Made by a program: the position numbers and the translations under genes | Part shown: piece by piece, positions 8,230 to 18,438 of the stretch | Layout of the letters: the number at the start of each line of letters is the position of its first letter | Position numbering within the stretch: the stretch's first letter is position 1 | The notes under the pieces: generated by a model | What the model was told of the DNA's origin: nothing | Databases searched by the model: none | Seen by the model: only the letters and a program-made list of their open reading frames with translations | Source of the DNA: a plasmid | Sequence record: NC_017345.1 | Strand: one strand, 5' to 3' | DNA: 24,491 bases

Positions 8230-8972
8230 ATGAAAAGTGTGAAAAAGTTGAGTGAAGAATTAGGGGTTAGTAAGCAAACGATTTTTAATAATATTAAGCG
8301 ATTGAATATAGAGACAATAAAACAGGAAAACACTTCGTTTATTAAAGAAGATACCGATATAGAAAAAATCATTCAAAGAGTAAATGAAAATAAAAAGAAA
8401 TATGGTTTTGAAAGTACTACTGAAGACAAACAAAAAAAGGGTCGGATAATATTAATTTTGAATCGAAAAGCGATGCTCAAATAGTAGAAATCCTTAAAAA
8501 ACAGATTGATACTTTAAATAATCAAATTGAAAAACAAGAAAGTCGTCATGAAACAACAATTGAATTTTACAGAAAAGAGTTGCAAGAAAGGTCAAAATTG
8601 CTTGAAAATCAGCAAGTTCTGGCATTAGAGAGTAATAAAAAGATTCAAAAATTAGAAAATCAATTAGAAAAAGAAAAACACCTTAATTATCCCTTTGATA
8701 CATCTACTAACACTAGACAAAACGTTGATGCACAAGAAAAAACATATACTACTAATCCTGTAAATATTAACAGAGATCAGGAAGAAACTAAAGAAACAGA
8801 GATTCAATATAAGGATATATCTGGAAGTCAAAGCGACGAAAGTACACAAGGTGAAGAAGCAAAAAGAGAAGACGTTCCAGCTAATCTAAATGACAATGAT
8901 AGTGATATAGAAGAAAAGAGTGAAGAAACGGAACCTAAAAAGGGGTTTTGGAGTCGTTTGTTTGGTAGCTAA
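8230..8972 (+). pseudogene. par: pSK1-type Par partitioning protein (~247 aa; N-terminal HTH, C-terminal charged/coiled region) interrupted by a -1 frameshift in an A7 run (8432-8438)
   Basis: Track ORFs 8230-8484 (frame 1) and 8580-8972 (frame 0) are one gene. Frame 0 is open from 8430 to 8972, and reading A8 instead of A7 gives …TEDKQKKGSDNINFESKSDAQIVEILKK… continuous. Confidence 0.7.
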
Positions 8973-8984
8973 AATAATTGATTA

Positions 8985-9018
8985 GGCACTAAAAGTTATA
9001 AAATTTTAGTGTCTTTTA
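8985..9018 (+). terminator. intrinsic terminator after par (aggcactaaaag…ttttagtgtctttt)
   Basis: 8-bp stem + T-run read directly. Confidence 0.5.
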
Positions 9019-9563
9019 TATAGTGAGAACTTCTGGTAATCATCGATTATGTAAACTAATAAAAGGAGGAGTATTATGAAAACAGGTCCACTGAAATGTC
9101 CAAAATGTAACCAAGATTTATATATAAAAAAAGTTAGGTATCCAATATCTGATATTGAAACATTATGTTAACCACATAAAAAGCCCGAAACACTGATTTA
9201 ACGGTGTTTCGAGCTTTTTATCAACGATATCGGGTATGCATCTTTTATACATTTCCCTAAATGACGTGTTTTCATTATTTTTTCATCAACAACTATTTTG
9301 TATCTTTATTCAGTTATGATTTCTTTTCGCCAATCCAAAATTGAGAAAATGAATATCTTGATAGCCTTCTTTGATAACATATTTTGTAGCTTCTTATCTT
9401 TGATTGCCAAACATCATTTATCCCATCTTTTGTAGTTTTTTGTCTTTAGTACATAAAAATACTTTTTGGCTTTCATGTTATTTTATGGAAGGAGAGATTT
9501 GTTATAATGTTAGAGTCGTCTATCTCTCAGACGTCAACTTGACGTAGAGAGGAGGTGCGATTT

Positions 9564-9659
9564 ATGAATGAAATTCTTGTTCACATCATGACAACAGTAA
9601 TTAGTGGTTGTCTGGTCACGTTATTTGGTTATTGGCTCCATAAACGCGATAAAAAATAG
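9564..9659 (+). CDS. type I toxin peptide of the Fst/PepA1 (sprA) family, 31 aa MNEILVHIMTTVISGCLVTLFGYWLHKRDKK
   Basis: Similar to the second copy at 23301-23393 and to remembered PepA1 (MLIFVHIIAPVISGCAIAFFSYWLSRRNTK). Preceded by a TATAAT promoter and a 5'UTR in which cgtctatctctc can pair with gagaggagg (Shine-Dalgarno sequestration). Confidence 0.7.
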   Translation: MNEILVHIMTTVISGCLVTLFGYWLHKRDKK

Positions 9660-9684
9660 CATAGACGACTAAGTCAATTCACCA

Positions 9685-9752
9685 AAAAACCCCGAACTAC
9701 GGCCAATAGTTCGGGGTTTGGTGCGTTTACAAACGAAATTCTTGTTACTTTT
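9685..9752 (-). ncRNA. SprA-AS-like antitoxin RNA: promoter TTTACA-17-TATACT on the minus strand, bidirectional terminator 9688-9722; carries acaagaatttcgtt complementary to the toxin start-codon region
   Basis: Promoter and terminator read directly. 12-14 nt complementarity to 9566-9580 (aatgaaattcttgt) fits the established trans-like pairing mode of SprA1AS to the sprA1 RBS/start. Confidence 0.6.
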
Positions 9753-9873
9753 AGTATATATTCCATATTGCCTTTTGTAAACTTTTCTATTCTTATCAAT
9801 TCATTTCAAGGTGTCATAAAAATGTTTTCCTTTTTTAATTATGACTGACATTCCTTAAATTTCAATTTCAAAA

Positions 9874-10215
9874 TCAATCCAAGGACGAATGAATAGCCCA
9901 AACTAAGAATACGGCAACAGGAAAGAAAAGCCACCAAAAATCATAAAGAAAATCAACTATGAAAGGTACCCGGTTGTTCTCTCTATAATTTCCCTCTAAA
10001 ATAACTTTTTTAAAACATGTATCTCCTTTAATTAAATGATCTATAGTAATTCCAAATAAGTCACTCATAGCAATCAAAATATCTAAGGAAGGGTAATTTT
10101 TAGCACTTTCCCATTTAGAAACACTTTGTCTGGAAACCTTTAATATATTGGCTAATTCCTCTTGAGACCATCCTTTTAATTCTCTCTGTTCTTTTATAGC
10201 TTCAGCTAATTTCAT
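9874..10215 (-). CDS. XRE-family HTH regulator with C-terminal transmembrane anchor (113 aa)
   Basis: N-terminal LKGWSQEELANILKVSRQSVSKWESAKNYPSLDILIAMSDLFGITIDHLI is a Cro/C1 HTH; C-terminal FIVDFLYDFWWLFFPVAVFLVWAI is a TM helix. Confidence 0.7.
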   Translation of the reverse strand: MKLAEAIKEQRELKGWSQEELANILKVSRQSVSKWESAKNYPSLDILIAMSDLFGITIDHLIKGDTCFKKVILEGNYRENNRVPFIVDFLYDFWWLFFPVAVFLVWAIHSSLD

Positions 10216-10396
10216 AAAATCACTCCTTAACTCAAACTATAAAAATTAAAGCTACTAACACTACTTAATAAGTTTCTATTATTCCCAATTCAGTTCAAGC
10301 TGTTTTAAAAAAGCCTCTCGTTCTTTCTCTAATTGTGGATCGTAATCTCTTTGATGTTGCTTTTTCTCTATGTGTAACTATATCTATCAATATTTC

Positions 10397-11023
10397 TTAA
10401 TTTCTAAGCTCAGAAATATTGACTATGACATCAAATCGTTTCGCAAGATCTAAATCATGTGTTACGACAATCATAGTTTTATTTTCATCAAGTAGATTTA
10501 ATAATAAATCAATGACTATTTTTCCGTTTTTCGTATCTAATGACCCAGTAGGTTCATCAGCTAAAATGATTTTCGGATCTTTTAATATAAGTCTCGCCAA
10601 CGCAACTCTTTGCTGTTCACCACCACTTAGAGAATTAACAATCCTCTTGATATCTAAATCTAGGCTGACCTTTTTTAATACTTCTTTCTTTAAGTTCATA
10701 TTATCTTTTTTATTCTTTTTGAACTTTAGGGCTAAATCTAAATTTTGACTGATTGTTTGATTTTCAAGTAAAGCAAAATTTTGAAACAAATACCCTAACG
10801 TATATCTATAAAAATCGACTTTCTTTTTTAGTAACTTATCTTCAATATATATGCTCCCTTGTGATACATCTTCGAACCCAGCGATTATGTTAAGTAAAGT
10901 AGATTTTCCAGCGCCACTTTCTCCAACTAAAGCATATGATTTTCCTTTTTCAAAATTAAAATTACATTCGTCTAAAATGTTTTTATTACCTTTTTTTACA
11001 AAAACATTTTCAAGTTTTATCAC
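10397..11023 (-). CDS. ABC transporter ATP-binding protein (208 aa)
   Basis: Walker A GESGAGKST, signature LSGGEQQRVALAR, Walker B ILADEPTGSLD. Confidence 0.9.
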   Translation of the reverse strand: MIKLENVFVKKGNKNILDECNFNFEKGKSYALVGESGAGKSTLLNIIAGFEDVSQGSIYIEDKLLKKKVDFYRYTLGYLFQNFALLENQTISQNLDLALKFKKNKKDNMNLKKEVLKKVSLDLDIKRIVNSLSGGEQQRVALARLILKDPKIILADEPTGSLDTKNGKIVIDLLLNLLDENKTMIVVTHDLDLAKRFDVIVNISELRN

Positions 11024-11034
11024 TATCGGTCACC

Positions 11035-11346
11035 TCATTTTAAAAAGCTAGGAATATCTTTTGTAATGTATTCTATCGAACGCACATATTTCCCTTTATG
11101 ATTTACTTTCACATATTCTTTTGTAGGATCATAACCTAAAAAATCCAATTTATAACTCTTTTTTTCTCCATTTTTAGAGTATACAGTTATATTTCTATAG
11201 TCCTGGGTGTCTTTTGGAACTTTGGCATAAGATACTTTTTCTTTTAACAGTGGGTTAAAACGATCTAAATGCTCGTTTCTAACCAATAACAGACTAAGTA
11301 TGATGATTAATAGTACACTTGTTACAATAATTAAAGTTCTTTTCAT
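11035..11346 (-). CDS. small signal-anchored protein (103 aa), possibly YxeA/DUF1093-like accessory to the ABC transporter
   Basis: N-terminal TM/signal anchor, then a hydrophilic K/Y-rich domain; in an operon between the permease and the ATPase. The family assignment is from memory only. Confidence 0.45.
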   Translation of the reverse strand: MKRTLIIVTSVLLIIILSLLLVRNEHLDRFNPLLKEKVSYAKVPKDTQDYRNITVYSKNGEKKSYKLDFLGYDPTKEYVKVNHKGKYVRSIEYITKDIPSFLK

Positions 11347-11349
11347 TGT

Positions 11350-13284
11350 TTAAATCTCCCTCATTAAATCTTTAAAGTATTTTTCAAGATATTTAATATA
11401 AGCAATTTGAAGTAAATATTGAATAATAGCAATAGACACTATTATGAGTAGTAATATCTTTGAACAAAATAAAATATGCGTAGTGTAAGCTAACATAATA
11501 GAAAGTAAGATAGAAATCGTTAAATAACGTACATTACTGCTGAATAATGAATAACCATGAATTTTTCTTAATAATAGTTGCTTTCTATTCCAACTAAAAT
11601 ATTGAATTGTTTCAAATACAGTAGCTATCAAAAGAATGAAAACGTTAATTATGATAGTAACTATTGTTATTATCATTTTTGTTTTCGTTTCATTTATTTC
11701 ATTTAGCACAGAATCCTTGTAATTAGTTATACCGCTAATTTCTTCTGCTAGGTGATTATCTTTAAGCAACTGTTTAAGTGTATCTAAATCTTTAAATAGA
11801 TATCCACCTTGAGAAACAGCAGCTAAATAAAAATCTCCTGTTAAATCGTCAGGCGTCAACAACAGTACTATTGGAGAATCTAGATACCCAAATTTCAAAT
11901 TAGTTGTGCGATCAAAAGAAAAAACAGATACGTTTTTTGACAGTACTTGCACATCTACTTTTTTGTTTTGTTGCTTTTGAAAGTCAATCCATCCTTGGTG
12001 ATTTTTTTGAATTTCAGATTTTTGAGATTGTAACCTTGGAGGAATAAACACGTTTATTTTATCCGAATGATTGGCAATCATTTTAAAATCAGGATTTATA
12101 TTTTTATAGAAATTCAGAAAATTGTTATTGATAAAAAAGACATTGCCATTTTCAGGAATGTAATTATTTTTATCGGGATTGGCTATATTATTATTCTTTA
12201 AAAGCAATCCTCCAAGTTGTTCGCTTTTCTTAATTAAGTTGTATACATTAGTTTCTAAAATTTGTTTTTCTTCTAAGTTTCTAATATTAGGAGAAATCTC
12301 TAACGTATAGTAATTCTCTAGCTTTTGCCAGATTTTTTCAGAGTCATATATATTTTTTAACTTCGTATAAGCATTTAAATTTTGTGCAAGTAAAAAAGAT
12401 AGTATTAGAACCATGGTACATTTGGTGAAGGTACCCATAAATATTGAAAACTTATATCCTTTTTTCCCTTTTAAGGTTAATGGAATATTTAACTTCAAAA
12501 GAAGACTATACGAAATCAGCCACAACAATGTAGTAATACAAGCAAAAACAAAAAGCAACACGATAAACCTACGAACAAACATTAAGAAATCCAATTCTAA
12601 ATTGGCTATATGAATGATTAATATATTAGCAATAAAGAAAATGGAGGTAAGTATTAGCCAATAGATGATTTTTAGATGAATATTATGAAAAATAATGCGT
12701 GTAGTTGAAAAGCCATGTAGCTTTTGAACAGCATAAAATTTTAAATGATGTCCTCTGTCATATAAGTAATACAAAAGATATAATACTCCTAAGAATATGA
12801 AAGGCACTAATAAATCATTATCTATGACTAATTCAAAAAATAATATGTTTCTATTTATGTATTCAACTTCAGATGTTAAACCAGCTTTTTTTAATTCACT
12901 CGTAAGCTCTTCCACATTGAAATGTTCGCCAATAATATAATACTTTCCTTTTATCTCTCTGTTTAATAAATCTGATGGAGTTAAAAGTGATGTTTTATTA
13001 CGTATAAGGTCAGAATTATTTCGTTTTGAGTTGAAAACAAAAAATTCTTGTTTATTATCAAAATCTTTAACGGACCTAATTATTTGTATATTTTGATTTT
13101 TGGCGCCTGATTCAATGGCATCTAACACTTTTGATTTACTGTTAGATTTATCCCAATTAGAGATTGTTAAAATATTGGAACTTTCAGGTATAATTTCTTC
13201 ACTTTCTTTGAAGAAAAATAAAAATAATAGCCCTGAAATTAATAGTAAAGTACTAAAATCTAAAAATAATTTGAATTTTTTCAT
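11350..13284 (-). CDS. bacteriocin-associated integral membrane protein (644 aa; DUF1430/FtsX-like permease), putative immunity/transport partner of the lactococcin-972-like bacteriocin
   Basis: Large polytopic protein with two TM clusters separated by an extracytoplasmic domain, directly downstream of an Lcn972-family prepeptide and upstream of an ABC ATPase. This matches the lclA-lclB-lclC organisation. Confidence 0.7.
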   Translation of the reverse strand: MKKFKLFLDFSTLLLISGLLFLFFFKESEEIIPESSNILTISNWDKSNSKSKVLDAIESGAKNQNIQIIRSVKDFDNKQEFFVFNSKRNNSDLIRNKTSLLTPSDLLNREIKGKYYIIGEHFNVEELTSELKKAGLTSEVEYINRNILFFELVIDNDLLVPFIFLGVLYLLYYLYDRGHHLKFYAVQKLHGFSTTRIIFHNIHLKIIYWLILTSIFFIANILIIHIANLELDFLMFVRRFIVLLFVFACITTLLWLISYSLLLKLNIPLTLKGKKGYKFSIFMGTFTKCTMVLILSFLLAQNLNAYTKLKNIYDSEKIWQKLENYYTLEISPNIRNLEEKQILETNVYNLIKKSEQLGGLLLKNNNIANPDKNNYIPENGNVFFINNNFLNFYKNINPDFKMIANHSDKINVFIPPRLQSQKSEIQKNHQGWIDFQKQQNKKVDVQVLSKNVSVFSFDRTTNLKFGYLDSPIVLLLTPDDLTGDFYLAAVSQGGYLFKDLDTLKQLLKDNHLAEEISGITNYKDSVLNEINETKTKMIITIVTIIINVFILLIATVFETIQYFSWNRKQLLLRKIHGYSLFSSNVRYLTISILLSIMLAYTTHILFCSKILLLIIVSIAIIQYLLQIAYIKYLEKYFKDLMREI

Positions 13285-13296
13285 ATTGCCTCTTTC

Positions 13297-13340
13297 AAGA
13301 GAATAGACAGAATTAAGTTTACTTAATTCTGTCTATTCTC
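13297..13340 (-). terminator. 19-bp perfect-stem hairpin (gagaatagacagaattaag / cttaattctgtctattctc) between the bacteriocin structural gene and the permease gene; attenuator/terminator
   Basis: Read directly. Typical partial terminator separating a highly expressed bacteriocin gene from immunity/export genes. Confidence 0.6.
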
Positions 13341-13358
13341 CTTAATTAATATATGTAA

Positions 13359-13652
13359 TTAGTGAAGACTATAAAATGTTTTGTTTCCACCCCAAGCCTT
13401 TGGAGCAGATGCCTTAGATTGAACACCAGGTCGAGCAACACCACTAAAAGATGAATACTTTCCTACTGCTGTTGAGCCATGGTTTCTTTTATTATGACTA
13501 TAATGAGACCATACGTAATGTTTTCCAATACCATGACTCCAAACACCACCAGCTAAATGTACTGTTGCAGCTTCAGCTTTATAAGTTACACCTAATAAAG
13601 TGCCGAATAAGATTGTACTAGCAATACAACTAGAAACAAATTTCTTTTTCAT
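13359..13652 (-). CDS. lactococcin 972-family bacteriocin precursor (97 aa; Sec signal peptide cleaved after AEA, mature ~69 aa)
   Basis: Signal peptide MKKKFVSSCIASTILFGTLLGVTYKAEA; mature GGVWSHGIGKHYVWSHYSHNKRNHGSTAVG…KTFYSLH resembles Lcn972 (GTWQHGYGVSSAYSNYHHGSKTHSATVV…FYYNFW). Confidence 0.75.
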   Translation of the reverse strand: MKKKFVSSCIASTILFGTLLGVTYKAEAATVHLAGGVWSHGIGKHYVWSHYSHNKRNHGSTAVGKYSSFSGVARPGVQSKASAPKAWGGNKTFYSLH

Positions 13653-13977
13653 AAAAACACTTCCATTTAATATTCTTTATTTATTATAACGAAAATAAAC
13701 AAAATAGAGAATGAGCAAAAATAATCTAAAAGTGTTTTTTCAGCTCTGTTGCTTGCTTTATTCATCTATATATAATATTAACTATCACCTTTAAATTAAC
13801 CACCATTAAACAATGATATGTTAATGTATAAGACACACAATTTCACTGCCCATAATGCACATGATATCGGCTGTCCAAACTGTGACGAAAAGTTAGGGAG
13901 TGTAAGAAAAGGTAGAATAGATTACATAGTTACAAAAAAATAACATAGTTTAAAAATCTTCGTTATTGAGAAAAATA

Positions 13978-14010
13978 TAAAAAAGAGAGGGCAAAAACGC
14001 TCTCTTTTTT
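13978..14010. terminator. terminator hairpin aaaaaagagagggcaaaaacgctctcttttttt downstream of sin
   Basis: Stem + flanking A/T runs on both sides (bidirectional). Confidence 0.5.
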
Positions 14011-14101
14011 TCCTCTCTTATTATTAAAATCTCATAATACATGATTAACATATATTTTGGGACGCTGTGAGAAACGCTCATTTGCATTGACAATCCATTT
14101 A

Positions 14102-14710
14102 TCAAGATAATCCCTTATCATGTTTAATTCTATAAACTGTCTGTCTTGTAATATTAACCTCTTTCGCAATCTTACTAATTGCTTGCCCTTCTTCTAACAT
14201 TTCGACAACTCGATGATAGATAACACGTTTTTGGGGATCTTTCGCGTTCGGTGAATAAAGCAAAGGACGCCCTTTATATACGCCTTTTTCTTTCGCAACT
14301 TGAATCCCTTGCGCTTGTCGACGTTTACTTTCATTTCTCTCTTGTTCTGAAACCATTGCTAATATTTGAATGATTATATCTTTCATAAATTTATCTAATA
14401 ATGGATTGCCAATTACTTCATTCATCATAGGTAAGCTGGTAATCATTAACTGAACGTCTTTTTCTTTTAAATAATTCACAGTTTCAATAATTTCATCATA
14501 GTTACGTCCTAAACGATCAATAGATTCCACAACGAATCGATCTCCCATTCTGACAAAATTGAGAGCTTCTTGAAATATAAATCTATTTTCCACTGACTTT
14601 CCCGACTGTTTCTCTGTAAAGATTTTCTCCACACCAAATGTCTTTAAATTATCCAATTGTCTTTCTAAATTTTGATCTATCGAAGATACTCTTGCATAAC
14701 CTATAATCAT
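14102..14710 (-). CDS. sin: Sin serine recombinase/resolvase (202 aa)
   Basis: [17 protein letters not shown]…[21 protein letters not shown] matches remembered Sin of staphylococcal beta-lactamase plasmids. Confidence 0.9.
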   Translation of the reverse strand: MIIGYARVSSIDQNLERQLDNLKTFGVEKIFTEKQSGKSVENRFIFQEALNFVRMGDRFVVESIDRLGRNYDEIIETVNYLKEKDVQLMITSLPMMNEVIGNPLLDKFMKDIIIQILAMVSEQERNESKRRQAQGIQVAKEKGVYKGRPLLYSPNAKDPQKRVIYHRVVEMLEEGQAISKIAKEVNITRQTVYRIKHDKGLS

Positions 14711-15095
14711 TCATTTTCACTCCATAATTAATATACACCCTAATCATACATTTAAGTTACTATAAATTCAATAACTTATTTTGTGTGATTAGGGTGTCAC
14801 TTTGCTTGATATATGAGAATTATTTAACCTTATAAATGAGAAAAAAGCAACGCACTTTAAATAAGATACGTTGCTTTTTCGATTGATGAACACCTATAAT
14901 TAAACTATTCATCTATTATTTATGATTTTTTGTATATACAATATTTCTAGTTTGTTAAAGAGAATTAAGAAAATAAATCTCGAAAATAATAGAGGGAAAA
15001 TCAGTTTTTGATATCAAAATTATACATGTCAACGATAATACAAAATATAATACAAAATATAAGATGTTATCAGTATTTATTATGCATTTAGAATA

Positions 15096-16047
<952 letters not shown>

Positions 16048-17805
16048 ATGGCTAAGTTATTAATAATGAGCATAGTAAGCTTTTGTTTTATATTTCTATT
16101 GTTATTATTTTTTAGGTACATATTAAAACGCTATTTTAATTATATGTTAAATTATAAAGTTTGGTATCTAACTCTTCTTGCAGGATTAATTCCTTTCATT
16201 CCTATTAAATTCTCTCTTTTTAAATTTAATAATGTGAATAATCAAGCGCCCACAGTTGAAAGTAAGTCACACGACTTGAACCATAACATAAATACCACCA
16301 AACCTATTCAAGAGTTCACAACAGATATCCATAAGTTTAATTGGGATTCAATTGATAATATCTGCACAGTTATTTGGATAGTTTTAGTTATTATTTTAAG
16401 TTTTAAATTTTTGAAAGCCTTATTATATCTTAAATATTTAAAGAAACAGTCACTTTATCTAAACGAAAATGAAAAAAATAAAATAGATACGATACTTTTC
16501 AACCATCAATATAAAAAAAATATTGTGATTCGAAAAGCAGAGACTATTCAATCTCCAATAACTTTTTGGTATGGGAAATATATTATTTTGATTCCTAGTT
16601 CATATTTTAAAAGTGTAATTGACAAAAGACTAAAATATATAATATTGCATGAATATGCTCATGCTAAAAATAGAGATACTTTACATTTAATTATCTTTAA
16701 TATCTTCTCTATTATTATGAGTTACAATCCATTAGTACATATTGTAAAAAGAAAGATAATTCATGACAATGAAGTAGAAGCCGATAGATTTGTCCTTAAT
16801 AATATTAACAAAAATGAATTTAAAACTTATGCGGAATCTATTATGGACTCCGTATTAAATGTTCCATTTTTTAATAAAAATATATTAAGCCATTCATTTA
16901 ATGGTAAAAAGTCATTACTCAAAAGAAGATTAATTAATATAAAAGAAGCCAATCTGAAAAAACAGTCCAAATTAATTCTAATTTTTATTTGTATTTTTAC
17001 TTTTTTGCTCATGGTAATTCAAAGCCAGTTTTTGATGGGGCAATCCATAACTGATTATAATTATAAAAAGCCCTTACACAACGATTACCAAATTTTAGAT
17101 AAAAGTAAAATTTTTGGTTCAAATAGTGGATCTTTCGTCATGTACAGCATGAAGAAAGACAAATACTATATTTATAACGAAAAAGAAAGTAGAAAAAGGT
17201 ATTCTCCTAATTCAACTTATAAAATTTATTTAGCTATGTTTGGACTTGACCGACATATTATAAATGATGAAAATTCACGTATGTCATGGAATCATAAGCA
17301 TTACCCTTTTGATGCTTGGAATAAGGAACAAGATTTAAATACAGCAATGCAAAATTCAGTTAATTGGTACTTCGAACGTATTAGCGATCAAATACCAAAG
17401 AACTATACTGCGACTCAACTCAAGCAATTAAATTATGGTAATAAAAATTTGGGAAGTTATAAAAGCTATTGGATGGAAGATAGTTTGAAAATATCTAATC
17501 TTGAACAAGTAATAGTTTTTAAAAATATGATGGAACAAAATAACCATTTTAGTAAAAAAGCAAAGAATCAATTATCTTCTTCATTATTGATTAAGAAAAA
17601 TGAAAAGTATGAACTGTATGGGAAAACAGGTACAGGTATAGTAAACGGGAAGTATAATAATGGGTGGTTTGTAGGTTACGTAATTACAAATCATGATAAG
17701 TATTATTTTGCTACACATTTATCAGATGGAAAGCCATCTGGGAAAAATGCTGAATTAATCAGTGAAAAAATATTAAAAGAAATGGGTGTTTTAAATGGCC
17801 AATAA
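16048..17805 (+). CDS. blaR1: BlaR1 beta-lactam sensor/signal transducer (585 aa from [10 protein letters not shown]…)
   Basis: [10 protein letters not shown] zinc-protease motif and C-terminal penicillin-binding sensor domain (…KTGTG…); overlaps blaI by 11 nt. Confidence 0.95.
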
Positions 17806-18175
17806 GCAAGTTGAAATATCTATGGCTGAATGGGATGTTATGAATATAATATGGGGTAAAAAATCAGTATCAGCTAATGAAATTGTAGTTGAAATTCAAA
17901 AATATAAAGAAGTTAGCGATAAAACGATTAGAACATTAATCACAAGACTATATAAAAAAGAGATTATAAAACGATACAAATCAGAGAATATTTATTTTTA
18001 CTCATCAAATATTAAAGAAGACGATATTAAAATGAAAACTGCTAAAACCTTTCTTAATAAACTGTATGGAGGGGACATGAAAAGTTTAGTGCTGAATTTT
18101 GCGAAAAATGAAGAATTAAATAACAAAGAAATTGAAGAATTGCGAGACATTTTAAATGATATTAGTAAAAAGTAA
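17795..18175 (+). CDS. blaI: BlaI penicillinase repressor (126 aa)
   Basis: [35 protein letters not shown]… winged-helix BlaI/MecI family. Confidence 0.95.
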
Positions 18176-18273
18176 TTAGAGATATGTTTCAAACATAATA
18201 CATATGTAAACTATGCTTGACTCTTATTAAATTAGTTTTGTTAATAACATTTAAAATATATTATTAAAGATGA

Positions 18274-18307
18274 GAGTGTACAGAAAATAACCATTTTCTG
18301 TACACTC
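18274..18307. promoter_or_regulatory. 30-34-bp perfect palindrome gagtgtacagaaaat-aacc-attttctgtacactc + T-run: the blaI terminator and/or crossover site I of the Tn552 resL
   Basis: Read directly. It has the size and 12-14-bp arm architecture of a serine-recombinase site I, and sits ~130 bp upstream of binL. Confidence 0.45.
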
Positions 18308-18438
18308 TTCTTTTATATCTAAATAAGTAAGAATTACATAGGATTATGTGTTCAAAAACCCAACAAAAAATCTATGTTCATAAAAGACCTTGTAATTAAG
18401 TTATGGTACACTGAAGATGTATATAGGAGGTTTGTATT

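Noticed and set aside
8664-8849. 61-aa minus-strand ORF inside par
   Set aside because: Antisense to the par coding region; F/L-rich translation typical of antisense A-rich codons.
10419-11051. Two plus-strand ORFs (109 aa and 66 aa) opposite the ABC ATPase gene
   Set aside because: Antisense within a well-supported ABC ATPase CDS; no start context.
12413-13306. 66-aa and 68-aa plus-strand ORFs opposite the 644-aa permease gene
   Set aside because: Antisense overlaps in an AT-rich membrane-protein gene.
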